Source: Podarcis filfolensis (taxonomy: Eukaryota). From it: DNA of 64,000 bases. This document shows, piece by piece, positions 48,508-61,487 of this stretch. Position 1 is the first letter of the stretch, and each line of letters starts with the position of its first letter. The notes under the pieces were generated by a model. The model saw only the letters and a list, made by a program, of their open reading frames with translations, ran no database searches and was not told the origin of the DNA. The translations under genes and the position numbers were made by a program. The stretch lies in NCBI GenBank assembly GCA_964270895.1, contig OZ185438.1, one strand, 5' to 3'.

Positions 48508-51500
48508 ATGATGGAATTTATCTGTATTGGCAATAGCAGGGAAACTTTTACAAACTCAGGGCAGAGGAATCAATCACTTTTTTTTGCTATGAAACAAGAC
48601 TCTAGTTAAAAAAGATCACAAACTCCAATTTTTGCTGCTAATTTTCATTTTAGGGTGTCTTTTGGCCAATCACAGCTACAATAAAACCCTGGATACATGA
48701 ATTGTTTTCTCTGAAGCAGCAATCACTCTTCTACCACAGAAGATCAGTATAAAAGCCTTAAAAATGAACCAAGACATTTTATAGGCAATGGATGTTTCAC
48801 TTTGGCCTGCTCTGTCTCTGATGGACTAGATCTGCTTTCCTAAGTGTCAGTCATTGCTATGACTTCATACACTGAGTAAAAAAACACTGAAAGTCAGGAA
48901 AAGGCTAGTCTGTAGCAAAACAAATGAGCTGAATAGTGGCTGCACATTTTGCCTCATATCTCAGGGAATCCATGTGCAGGTGGAGATGTGTGATTAACCC
49001 TTTCCCCACCTATTTTTCCTCTTGTCACCTGCAGATGCTTTTCATGGAGACAAGATCCTCAGGTTTGTGCATGCTGCATGAAGTTGCAAAAGGTGACTGG
49101 GAGGTTATTGCAGAGAGGAAGGGAAGGAAGAGTAAAGCAGCAATTATCAAGCCAGATATTGTCTAACTATTCTGACAGGTAGTAGCTCCCTGAAATATCA
49201 AACAGAGGTCTTCATATCAGCCGCTACATGATCATTTTAACAGGAGATGCTAGGGACTGAACCCGGGATCTTTGGCATGCAAAGCTTGTGGTCTTCCATT
49301 AGGCTACAGTTCCTCCTCTCTTCGAGTTAAAGGTTTGGCTAGAGTTAACCAGGAATTCTTCTCATTACTGTTCACTGTCTTCCTAAGAAGCTGAGAGCAT
49401 GCTGAATTTCTCAAATGAAAGACTTTGAACTTTACATAGCACTGAAAGATCCTTTCAAAACTATTTCTCATTTCATAAGAATAAATCTCAATTATTCCTG
49501 CCTGAGATGACTGCCGCTTGCAAACCTTGTACCACTAACATTTGTCCTCCTAATAGTAACATTTTAAAATAAGATGTATATTAGCAGTTGGCTCAGTTCT
49601 GGAGCACAGAAGCAGCTATTCCACTGAACCGTAACTCACATTATGATGACCCCTTCTAACATTTTGAAGGGCCTGTTTCATGAGTTCAAGTGTATTTTTA
49701 AAATGCCCAAATTTTAAAATTACATTTCCAGAATAGTCCATCCAGTTTAAGGAATACAGCTTACAGGTCACAAGACTGGGTGGACTTATTTTGCTCTACC
49801 AAAATTCCCATTCTGCTGCAGCACAGAACTCCAAATTATGCTGCAAAGATTCAGGAAAGCTTGGAGCTTCAGGAAAGCTCCCCACATGCCAATTTCACAC
49901 AAAAAACAAAGGGCTGGTGTTCCTGGCCTATTAAACTGCATATGGGGCCACTTGATTCAATGCACTCAGGCTTTCTGTTAGGGATGGAGTAGAATTTTGT
50001 CTGGTTCACATTTTTAGCAAACTGACCTAGAGTGATATCCAGTTAAGTCATACTTACACTTCTTGAATTGCGTGGCACAATTTTTTAATTTTATTTTTAT
50101 TTTTAGGGGAGACATTTGTATCATTTTGTACCAAAACTGCAGAAGCTGACATAAACCACACCTGATTTGAACACATCTGAAACCGACACTAGAAATACAC
50201 TGATTCACCCATCCCTAAGTATATGTACATGTGTATTTATAGGTGTGTATACTTACACATACACACATGAACTCTCTTAGCACATAGAAACTAGGGATCA
50301 AGGAGAAGGGCCTACATTTCCCCCTAATATTTTGCACATAAACACATGCATATGCCTAAAGATTGGCCTCCTGTTTTCCTTCAAAGGTGTCACCAACAAT
50401 TCAGATCACATCCTGTCCCACAACATAAATAACTTTAAAACTGCCACTGGTGAGATTAAAGCAAAACAACATTGAAATATTTACTCAGTGAAGTAGACAC
50501 TCTTTGAAGATCTATGTTTTACACACAACCATTAAAAGTTGTACCCATATTTGTGTCTCGTATTTACCTCCCTCTCTCTACCGTTTATACCGAAGCTACT
50601 AATGCATATTGTTGCACTCATGTTTATATGAAAGTCTACTTATGAGGGCAGAGTTGTAGGAAAGGCACCAGATTCCATAATAAAAATGGGCACTATCAAC
50701 TAAGTACAACTTCTGCAAAACATCTACACATTTAAATGGTGTTCACAATGAGGTTACAAATGAAAAGTAGTTTGGTTTCAAACTACTTAAGAATTTATTC
50801 AGTGTAATTCAGATAATAAACTGACCAGCTCCTGGATAGAAACTGAAACTATCCCAACTTTCCACTTCTCCAGTTTGTTAGGTAATATGTTCCATATAAA
50901 GCATAAGCATCAATATTATCTGCTCAAACAGAAATTGGAAAATAGACAAAAAGCACCAGACAAGAATAGTTAAATGCTTAATAAAGGACAGATATACATA
51001 TAATTTGAAAAACAAACCTTATGCTCTCCTATTTAATAGTATATTGTCACCTTCCCCAATTGCTTATTGCCACTTAAACAAAAAGAAAGTGCAGTACTTT
51101 CACTGAAGAGATAATTTAAATTATCTCAACAATTACACATATTCACAAGATACGGTACATGCAGTGACCAGGCTATATTTTAAGGTACCTCAGATTAGAA
51201 AGTTTGTTGCATAGCCGGCTGAATTCTCTTTATAAAACCTTTTAAACTACACTTAAAGAGCACATATTACAACTCCACTTGAAAATTCCCTCAGAGAACT
51301 CTTACCTGTGAGCAGCAGCTGATTTAAACAACAATGTGAGAGCCTCTTCCCATTTCCCTTTTTAGGACAAATTTATTCCCCTTTCAGTTCAGTACCTCTA
51401 TGTTCTCTGCTGACCTAATTTTGTCTGTGATAAATGCCAGAGTTTGACTGGAGTCACTTGAGCTGCTGCAAGAGAAGAATGGAAGTCAAAAATGAATGCA

Positions 51501-51779
51501 CTCAACATTCCTCCTTGACAGATTGCTTGTCAAGAGGCTAAAAGCCTTGGAAAGCTATAGGTGAGGTAAAGCATTATAATAGCCATCCTTTAGATTAAAT
51601 TGAATTCCAGTTTTCAACTAATTACTCCAGACTCCAATAATGAAGTTAAAGCTCATTGAAACTGAAAGGTTCAGCATTTTACTCAGGTCCCATGCATGCG
51701 GTATCAGACAGTAGCCTTTTAAATCACTAGGAAAAGATCCATGGAAGCAACAAAACCAATCAAGCATTCAGACTCGGTC

Positions 51780-51960
51780 TTGGGTCAGACCCTACTTAAG
51801 TGGCCCTTGTCAACAACCTGTGTCTAGAAGATGTGGAATAGGAGCATGACCTTGATAATTCTTCTGAATCTCTCAGTAGCCTTTGATACAACTGACCATC
51901 TGATTTTTACAGGACGGTTGGTAGTGGAGGACATTACTTTGTGACTGGATTCAGGTGGTA
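51780..51960 (+). mobile_element. L2 reverse-transcriptase fragment
   Basis: ttgataattcttctgaatctctcagtagcctttgatacaactgaccat translates to LIILLNLSVAFDTTDH (compare L2 'LLDLSAAFDTIDH'). Confidence 0.65.
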
Positions 51961-52300
51961 TGGATACTGCTCAGCCACACAGGAATCAACTTGTAGAATA
52001 TAACAAGAATTCAGTCTTTTCCCCGGAAGAAGACTGCATGACCATGTATTTATTATTTTCATTTATTTATTCCACCTTTCACCTATCTTAGAAATCAAGA
52101 AGGCATCAGGTGATTTCCCATCCAGCCATTGACAAGACCCAGCACTTCTTAGCTTCAGCAAAGATATTGCGCCATGTTCCCTCAGATAATGTCCTAGTGA
52201 CACTATCTAGATGACACAAAGATGATGTCATCAGTATGCTGGTGGCATCCAGCTTTGTTTTGCTTTGTAATGTGACTGTGGTTTGGTGCCAATCCCTGAG

Positions 52301-52756
52301 TGTCAGTAGTCAGAGGAGCTCAGCCTACACTCGAGTAGGACCCTGGTAGAGACACATGCCCAAATGGCATGTTCTCTCCCTCCTGGTCGATCGTTCAGGA
52401 GCTTCAAAAGCCTTCTTCAGCCCAAACATCACAGCGACCGATGCCAACAGACATCGGCACACTTAGGGATCTGCAGAGTTTGTGCATCATGCGTAACAGA
52501 CCTCAGCAACTCAGCATTTTGCCTAATCTACTTTATTTACATATAAACACACACAAAGCACTGCAACATGGCTCCCTCTCTCTCTAGCATCAGACAGCAA
52601 AGAGAAAAAGGACAAAGGACAACAGTACCACTTCACGGAACACAGTAACACAAACATCCTGTCTCCGTCACTTCCCACTTGGTGGAGTCAAAACATATAC
52701 CGTCATGTGATAGACAACAATCCCATGACTGCAATCACGGAGCAGGAATTCTAACA
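52301..52756 (-). mobile_element. Probable solo LTR (superfamily unresolved)
   Basis: Minus strand begins TGTTAGAATTCC, has AATAAA at 52537-52532 and ends near …CTGACA (52301); CpG-rich against its flanks. TSD and left boundary ambiguous. Confidence 0.55.
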
Positions 52757-54829
52757 AGTATCTACACACAATTAGGGGCGCAGTATGAAGAATACATCAA
52801 AGCTAAATCCTGACATGGCAAACTGTTGGCAAAAAGATATTACCTGGTGTGAAGGGATATCTGTTCTTTACAGGGTCACAATCCCTTTCATCAAAGGATG
52901 AAAAGAAGCTTACTTAGCATAAAAGGCCCTTTACATAGGGAAGAATGCAAATGCGGAATAGGGAAATAAGTCCATTCAAGAGTAGTCCCATCCACCAACT
53001 GTGTGCAGCCCTCGGAAATGGGGCTTTCATGGTTACAAAGGTCCCCTACTCTTTCCCTAGAGTGCAAGTGCACAGGTTGGTAGAAAACGGCTTGGTTCTA
53101 TATCCATGTTTCAGGCGGCAATGAATGCAACATTTCTCAAAATAATAAAAATCACCAAATTATAAACTGACAAAGAAAAGACTGCATATGCAGCAAAATA
53201 TTTCCATATCAAACTTGATAAAATCCCACACACTCTTAAAGGCAAATCTGTGGAGACTTTAAAATGTCAATATTTAACAAGACATATGAAACTTCACCTC
53301 CACTTTCATAAGTGCTCATTTCTAAAGAAAATCAATATTTAAATGTATTACAGAGCAATAAAACATTGGCAGTGAGACTGCAAACAGTTATTAAAATGGG
53401 CATATCCATTAAACTGTGGGTAGAGTCATGTAATAAAGATATTTTTGAATTAAAGTATGTTGCAGTAAATCATTTCCTTCTTTTAAGTTGTAGAAGCTAG
53501 ATTAATGCTTATCTGTTTAATGCTTACCTAGCTCTTACAGTGCTTTGGAGTTTCAAAAGCTCCAAACATACCAGTGAAATTAGAAAATCTTTGAGCAATG
53601 GGTAAAATTTACCTAAGTTTTTTACACTCTAAGAATAAAGACTCTAGGAATTTGTTAACATGATTGCATACCACACACTGCACCAGAACCCCCAATGCAG
53701 TGACATGATTCTGTAATTTTCATGCTAAAAGGGATTTGCCCATATGCAGACTGGGCATTGGTTGCAGCCAATATAAATAATTATTAAAACAAACACACCC
53801 AGAACATTTTGAACAAATGACATAATTGGTAGCTGAATAAAAACAGCTGAATTTTGGCACAATTTCTTTCATATAAAAAGACCCTCGAAAACTAATTTAA
53901 CTAATATTACTATTTTCAGCTATACATACAATATGTATTACAGGATTTTATCAACATACTGACTAAGCATTTAACCTATCTTATAATTAAAATTTAAATT
54001 TATGGTTCCGATTAGAACTTTAAGCATAGTAATGATAAAGAATAAAAGAACAAACAAACCTGATGTCTGAGAGAGCTCTTTGGGGAAAACCACATGCACA
54101 CACATCGAAGGACATGGAGCAATATTCTATTAAGCCTTCGCAGTCTGAGACAGCACCTCAAAGTAATACACTGCAAACCACTGCCATGTGGTAATGCTTA
54201 AAACATATTGACAGTCTTCTAAAGCTTTTTGCCTTCTCCTGTATATATCACACCATTGATTTCCCTCCCTCTTTTACTGAACGGGCATCGCTTTATAAAT
54301 AATGGGCATGAGATACTGTGGGAGTCAGAGTGAACATATTTCTGCTGAAGTTCAGATGTCAATGGCCCATAGGAAAAGTGGGTCAGGTGATGGTTGTGTA
54401 TTGTTTTCTGCTGTTTTACAAGTTAGCCCCTTCTCCTTTTTTGGGGGGGGGATAGAATTAAGTTTATGATGGTGGGTAGATGGATCTCACAGGTGCAGCA
54501 CTTTGCAAACTGCTCATTTCACCCTGTAAGCAAAGTCAAAAGAAGGAAATGCCTTCCTACGTGTGCTTCATAAGTTACAGGGGGGCAGCAAACACAATTA
54601 AGCTTATTGGATGCTCATACAGCTTACTGGCCAGTCACTCCTGGGTAGCCTAGCTGTGGATGAGGATGAAATGGTCCCTTTGGCATCTTGCACAGCCTCT
54701 CTTCATTGTAACATACTAAGTGCTCCCAATGCATCCAGCTTAGTTAAGCAGCAAAATGTGGCCTAGAGGAACATTGATCTAGATTTCACAAGAACAACAA
54801 TATATCACCTTTATGTGTACTGTGGAGAG

Positions 54830-55137
54830 TAGGCTGGTGACTAGGAGCGGCTGCCGGGACCATATAACACCGGTCCTAAAGGATTTTCAGTAGCTCCCAG
54901 TACCTTTCCAAGCACAATTCAAAGTGTTGGTGCTGACCTTTAAAGCCCTAAACGGCCTCAGCCCAGTATACCTGAAGGAGCGTCTCCACCCCCATCGTAC
55001 TGCACGGACACAAATACATCTGAAGGCAGCCCTGTATCGGGAAGTTTTAAATGTTTGATATTTTACTTTTTTATATATGTTGTAAGCTAAGTGTCTGGGG
55101 AAACCCAGCCAGATGGGTGGGGTATTATTATTATTAA
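54830..55137 (+). mobile_element. L2 LINE 3' portion, internally deleted
   Basis: …RDHITPVLK…QFKVLVLTFKALNGLSPVYLKERLHPH, then tail ggaaacccagccagatgggtggggtattattatt. Confidence 0.85.
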
Positions 55138-56011
55138 CAACAACTGTGGAGAAATCCTAATTTTTGAAGTTGTCTTAGCTTTTTCCACTTTACTTTCGCT
55201 GCCTCTTCTTTTGGTGCATTTTTCCATTGTTTCATACAAGTCTGTTTCATGAGCTCATTTTCCATTCTAAATTTCCATTCTAAATTTTGCACAGCAAGCT
55301 CTAGGGCTTTCACAGCTTTTATATATGCTGCCATTATTTTTTTCTTTCTTGTCAGACTAGGCCTGTAACCCTATTGTTGTGGAGGGTGGGGGTAATATTA
55401 ATAAAATCCTCCTGACTGGGACTATCCCCTCACTCACCCAGTTTAAGATATTCCAACGTTCTTCAGCAGAGTTTCTTTTCTTTCAGCAAAGTAAGCATCT
55501 CCCGTTATGTCAAAGAAAATTGTAACACAATAATATAGTGTCTGAGAGAAACTACAACAGCATGAGACAAGAATGACAGTTGGTCTCTCTAACTGAACTT
55601 AACTGAACACCTGAAGAGAGGGGCCAATTCCAGAGCACAACATAAAATCCCCGCCCACCAGATGACAGACATTCTACTAATCAAATTAGGCCCCCGTGTT
55701 TTCCTTACAGATAAATCCTAATTTTTGAAGTTGTCTTAGTGGCCACTGGATGTCACTCTTGTTCCACAGTCCATTTTTTTTTAAGCTTTCTCCCCCACCA
55801 CAGTGAGGTAAATAGACAGTCACTCCCCAATCTTAGCAGTTCCAAATTCAGAAGCTCACATACTTGGTAGATAGCAACCATTAAGATAAATGAGATGAGA
55901 TCCAAATTAATGTATGAGGATAGTCTATCCACAGTTAACATGGTTTGATTAAAGTTCATTCAAATGTGCATCTCCACCCATGACGTCACATGGGTTAACT
56001 TATTTATGAAC

Positions 56012-56102
56012 TCATAGAATCATAGAATTGTAGAGTTCGAATAGTCCCCAAGGGTCATCTAGTCCAACCCCCTGCAATGCAGGAATCTCAGCTAAAGCAT
56101 CC
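56012..56102 (-). mobile_element. CR1 3' tail fragment
   Basis: tcatagaatcatagaattgtagagtt…gtccaaccccctgcaatgcaggaatctcagctaaagcatcc. Confidence 0.85.
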
Positions 56103-58080
56103 AGTGGTGGTGGATTGTCCTCAACACAGCACAACCCCCAGAGTCACAGACTGACTCTCCTTCTTGTAAAGCAGGATCTGAACAGATCTCAAAAATTGTC
56201 TAAACTGGGGAAGGGCAAGCAAGAATTTTTCACGCCTTATTATATTTTACAATTATGATTGTATAAATAAATGTCCTCTTGGTGGTTTTATTTTAAAACT
56301 GACTGTTCTAAAACACTTGGAACGGTTTAAAAACCACTTATAAAAGAGAAACCATCTTGGCTGTGAGTTCTGGAAGATCTTCTCCCTGCCTTGCAGGCCT
56401 TTGTCCACCTGGCCTAGGAAGGCTGGGCCCTGACTATAAAAGTTGAGTCTGCTAAACAGACACTTGGCCTGGGGTATTGCTGGGGGGTGTTGTTGTTGGG
56501 GGGGGTGAGTGGCTTGTTGCTGTTTTTGGTATTTTTGTATGCTTATTTTGTATGTTTATTATCATTTATGTGGAAATTGTTCGGTTTGGTTGTGTGCTTT
56601 ATTTTTTATTTTAATTTTATACAAATAAAATGATGCATGTATGTATAAAGGCTTCAGCCTATAACTTTGAAGTGATAATCCAGTCTAGGCTTAATTTTCA
56701 AATGCCTTGAAGAAAAAATAGATTTTACTTTTGTTTTCCTTTGATGGCAAGGAAAACAATAAAAGTTGAACATCATCCAGGACAGTCATCAAACTTTTCA
56801 AATGTAGGATTCATCTTTAGCTGCATCCTGCAACTTGGGATCCACTTTTCCTTTTTTATAACTGTATGTCGATCCTTCTTTCATTTCACCTCTTTCCCCC
56901 TTATCTTCCACTTCCTTCTCTCGAAATGCTTAAAAGGTGGAGATATTGCTGGTGCATTCCAATTTCAACTGGGTTCCAGCTCACTTGTTGGGAGACCAGC
57001 CCAAGACACTGATCAGCCCAGAATTTAAAGACTAATTGTAAATGCTCTGCTTCTCGCTACATGTTTTAGCCTCCCATTTAAAAGGGATATAGAGCAGTCT
57101 CCTACCATGTCATTTTTAGCTGGTGAGGCTCATCATAATTTGATTATCCAGACTTCTTAAGTGCATTTGCTAATTTTGGGGAGTAAATTGTTTCTTAAGA
57201 TATGACTTCTGAAAATGTCTCCTCAGTTTTTGAAGCATGGGCTCTCTTTAGATTGGAGAGTAACATCTCTCAAATCAATACTGCCACACAAAGGGCTAAT
57301 TCAATTTTATTATCAAATCTCTAATGCTGTGGTCTCTGGGGGGCATCACAATATAGGAAGAAATTAGCTGTGCATAATTCAAAGAAAAGAGTAAAATAAA
57401 ACAATATATATACTGTATGTAATTATTTGTGTTGCTTGTATGCATGTTTAGGGTAAACGTTTCCGGAAAATGTTTTGTTGCCAGCTGAGAATTAGAATCA
57501 GCTGATAGCAATAAAGTGGTGCTGCAGTCTTGTCTTCCTTTCTCCAACTGTTACCACATAATGTCTCACCATCAAATGCCAGATGAAACCTCAGAGAAAT
57601 GTTGAGGTTTTAGTTTAGGTGTGGGTTTCTTTAAGCTTCAGTTTCTCGGCAGCAATGGGCTTGCTTTGCGGGAGAGTGGGGAATAACCTTGCTGAGAGAA
57701 GATGGCTCCCTCCATCTCCATTTTGTTCTTATATCTTGAGAACTAGCCCTTTTGCCCTTCAACCTTGTACCTCATAAGGAAAAAAAGGGGAGGCTACTGC
57801 CATTTATCTTCATGTAACACAGCAATGAAATTTTAGAGGGTCTCTAGATGCTACCAAAGAAGAGAGACACCAGCTTTTTAGGAAGATAGCTAGTTGTTGG
57901 AACTATTCTGGCTGTTGAACTATTGAGGCCCAAATGTATTCTTACACTTAATCCCAGAATTCTGTGACCTTTCCCCATACTTCACTAGTACGCAGAGGGT
58001 CCCCCCTGAAATATTAACTCTGATCAGCAATATTGCTTGCTTATTCTTCTCAAAAAACAATAGTCCTCATTAATGCTATT

Positions 58081-58205
58081 CAGTGCTATTTTTCTAGAAA
58101 AAGAGGTGCCGGAAATCACTTGTTCTCTTATAACAGCAATGGCGCCCACCTGAGAAGTGCTAGAACTGAGTTCCAGCAAGTTCCGGCTGGGGAAAAAAAG
58201 GCCTG
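58081..58205. mobile_element. hAT-type MITE, 125 bp
   Basis: CAGTGCTATTTTT…AAAAAAAGGCCTG termini; TSD atgctatt/gtgctatt (7/8). Confidence 0.75.
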
Positions 58206-58744
58206 GTGCTATTCAACTTGTCTCATGCACATAGATGGAACTGGGACCTTCTTGCTTCAGGAGGAGCAAGGCCTAGATGAACTATCCTTCCCCTGTGTGC
58301 CTGCTCTGCCTCTGTGAGGCACTGAAAGGAAAAGGCAGGCCTGAGCACACTGCTGCTAATATTACTGAGGTAAAAAGGGGTGGAAAAACAGGAGAGGCCT
58401 CAGAGAACACTTTTCAGTGTCCAGCCCCAGCACAGTCTTTCTTGGCATTTGTGGGCTCTAGTTGTTGCTGCATGATGATGTTTTATGACTGCTGCAAGAC
58501 AATGGACCAGGGATGGAGTGTAAACTCTGTTCTCTGTGCCACATGGAAACTTTGAACACACTTGTGAGTTTAGGCAGCTGAGAGGTGCTGAACCTTGGGT
58601 GGACCCCATTTCTCTCCTGATCCCTCCCAAACCCAAAAGCAAAGAACTCATCCTGTGAAGAAACAACTGTAGTGAGGGAATACAGTACATGTATCCAAAT
58701 AATGCTGCTAACTAGCTTCTTTTGCTTTGATACACAGGCTGTGT

Positions 58745-58960
58745 TACGATTCTGTCAAGCCCCATGAAGCTCCATCAGGAGTGGAAAGCAGCCTCTCCTC
58801 AGAAACATCCTTTCCTTCAGACTTTGGGGCCTGGACACACCAAGCCCCATCCTGAAAGCGTGTTGCTCCCTCTTGCAAGTGAAATAGGCTGTTGAAATTG
58901 AATTCAAACAGTGTGGCAACAGATCAGAAACAAGCCGTGCTAGAAGCCTGTTAACCATAT
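58745..58960 (-). mobile_element. Degenerate L2 RT fragment
   Basis: Minus frame MVNRLLARLVSDLLPHCLNSIS…KREQHAFRMGLG…; the 'Q.GFR.G.G' region resembles L2 RT. Confidence 0.45.
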
Positions 58961-59944
58961 AGGCTGCTAAGGGGTAATTCTTCCAGGAAATCTTTCCAGG
59001 ATTTCATAAGTAAAGACTTCCAAAACCTGGAACCACTGGAGAATGTTGCATTTCAGCTTTCTGAAGATTGTTTGTTAAAGCTCAATGTGTTTTACAAGCT
59101 AAACCTATGCAGTCATGAGTACACAACACTGCATTTTATGGAGCTTACTCCTATAACTGCAGTCATGCCACATGGTTGATCAAGGATGTGAACCCTGCCC
59201 ACTCCCACCAAATTCCACCATGCTATCTGTATAACCACCCTTTGCCAGCTCGCTAGTCTACGACTGCCAGCAGATCCTATTAAAAAGGAGTACTATGAAC
59301 GGTTCCTCTTGCTGCCTTGGAGGGGAAAGAGTTCCATTGGGCATCTCTTTGCTCCTCCAAGTCCAATTGCCAGTCAGTCATACTGGTGGTGCCAGAACCG
59401 AGTTCTCGCCAGCCTTCTGCCATCACTCGCAAAAGGCAAGGCAAAAGGGGAAAGAAGGAGAAATGGCAACATTTTAACATGAGGCATACCCAGAATAAAT
59501 TCCTGTGGCAAAGCACTGCTAACTATTTTACTTACCCAACATAAATACTTTTTAAAGGGACCAGCTGCAGGAGCATCAGAAATCTAGGCTGTCAGGACAT
59601 TGGCTGTGGGGCCTTCTTCCTTGCTGGGAGCACACATTTGTAGAGGGGAGAGTCTAAGTCCTATACAAAGAATGGGGTCCCATCATATCAGAGAAAGTGC
59701 AAAAAGAGCAGATACAACCAGATACTCTGGCTAGTAAGGGAGATGGTTTTGTGGAGCTCTTATTATTATTAGTGTCAAGCATTTTTCTAAATACATATTT
59801 AGCATTTGCTGGGGAAGCCACGTGATTTCATTGTGTAATTTCTGACCGAGTGCAGCGAACTGTAGGCTATCAAGCACAATTCCTAAAACAAAGTAAGGTT
59901 TGAAGATCTAGTACTGTGTGTAATACTGTTTCCACATGATTACC

Positions 59945-59973
59945 TACCCACGTTAGGACATCACAAGTTTATT
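59945..59973 (-). terminator. Distal poly(A) signal candidate for USP25
   Basis: Minus strand gacAATAAActtgtgatgtcc at 59973-59968, at the end of a repeat-free block. Confidence 0.5.
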
Positions 59974-60859
59974 GTCTAATACGATTAGCAGGTTTTGGTC
60001 AATTTGATATTGCTGGGACTGAAAACAGTCAATGGAAATTAGTTTCTTACTAATCTTGCTGTTTTTAAGTGGCACTGAAATTGTCCTCATCAATTCGTCA
60101 TTTAGCTGCAGCCTCATTTACGCAGTGAGCTGCTTCCTAGTGTTTAAGTAGAATTGCCACTCTGAAACCAGTGGCTTATCTAGCACAGTACCTTGTGTCT
60201 AGGCAGCACACAATCCAGCACCATTACAAAATGGAATCGTTGGAAATGTCACCTTAAATGTCTGACTTGTATCAGACACTGCTTTCCATAATAAAATACA
60301 TAAAAGTAAGCAATTGTCCCCCATTGTCCCAAGAGAAAGAAACCTGTTATTATATTCCTCCAGCCACATTCACTAGCGTTCACTTCTCCCTAGGACCTGC
60401 CTGTGCTTTGCCCTAAAGTGCCAACTGAGGGCCAGGATGCAAAAGATATTTGTCAAAAACTGAGCAAAGAAGCATAGACTTCAGAAATATCTATAGATCA
60501 GAGCACTCTTCCCGGTCAATTAGCATTATCCTAGTCTATTAGTCTGCATAGTTGCTGTATTGTCTATATGGGTCATATATGTAGTCTCAAAATAAACATC
60601 AGGTGCTTCATTCTACAGCAATAATTGCCAAATGGCATGTATGATGTCAGAAAATTGCAGGAGCCGATAAACACTACAAGTAAGAAACGAAGAAGCACAA
60701 GAGCCCAGGGAAGCTTTCAGCATGCTGACATACTCCAAGTCCCCAAACTATGCATGAAAACATGCCAATACTTACTCTCCTCCCTCCACAGTAGTTCACT
60801 AAGCCTTACTGTTCATGTAAAATAGACCTCTATGATTCACAAACATACAGTTCATTTGC

Positions 60860-60892
60860 AACCAAAATAGCCATAAATAAAACTTTTTTATT
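60860..60892 (-). terminator. Proximal poly(A) signal candidate for USP25
   Basis: Minus strand AATAAA (60892-60887) followed by U/GU-rich sequence (tttatttatggctattttggttg…tgtatgtttgtg). Confidence 0.5.
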
Positions 60893-61314
60893 CTTTGATG
60901 TAATTTACAAGCTACCAGGTACCATGTATTTTACAATGGTCACTTTAAAATTGATGCAGTCACAGAATGGCCCAGACTGAACAGAAAGCTGTTGTTGATG
61001 ACGTGAAGGATCGTAAGACATAAGCAAAGTAATACTGTAACAGGTAGGTGGCAAAAAGCAGATTTGCCGTAATAAATCAGACTTGTAATGTTGCATGAGT
61101 TCTGGCTGATAACAAAAACTGAGTGTCATGCGATTCTCAGCTTTATTGCCTGCAGTCTGGCTAATGTCTGTACAGTCCTCTTTCTTTCCTTGCGATTTAT
61201 TAAAATGGAAAAGTTAAAAACTATAGCAGCAACAAGCAAACCCTGTGACAGGAAGGCAAGGGTTAAATAACTAAAAACAGTTTATACAGTGTGCTTAAGG
61301 AAGGTCTTCAGAGT

Positions 61315-61487
61315 TTATCTTCCGTCAGCTGGAGTTCGACTGAGTGATGACATGATTCGGGCAAATCGTTCGCACAGTTCATGGGTGGAATATGAAGGTA
61401 ACTTTGGTGGGTCGTTGAAACCTTTAATTTCTGTAGAACAATCTAGCAATTTTGGCAGGAAGTCTGTCAGCTTTTCTTGCAAGTTGG
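61315..61487 (-). CDS. USP25: USP25 last coding exon with TAA stop (61317-61315)
   Basis: Acceptor atcttctttacag| at 61488; phase-1 join gives [57 protein letters not shown]. The RTPADGR terminus is that of USP25, not USP28. Confidence 0.97.

Larger units (their letters stand above)
59945..61314 (-). other. USP25: USP25 3' UTR (extent inferred, about 1.37 kb to the distal poly(A) site)
   Basis: Repeat-free sequence directly after the stop, with AATAAA at 60892-60887 and 59973-59968 on the minus strand. The end point is inferred. Confidence 0.6.

Noticed and set aside
55981-55988. Second perfect CRE (TGACGTCA)
   Set aside because: Isolated, next to a CR1 fragment, with no promoter context; about one such 8-mer is expected by chance in 64 kb.
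56100-57030. Possible pseudogene or L1 remnant (GT-rich tract, purine-rich minus frames)
   Set aside because: All six frames are interrupted and no family motif was recognised.
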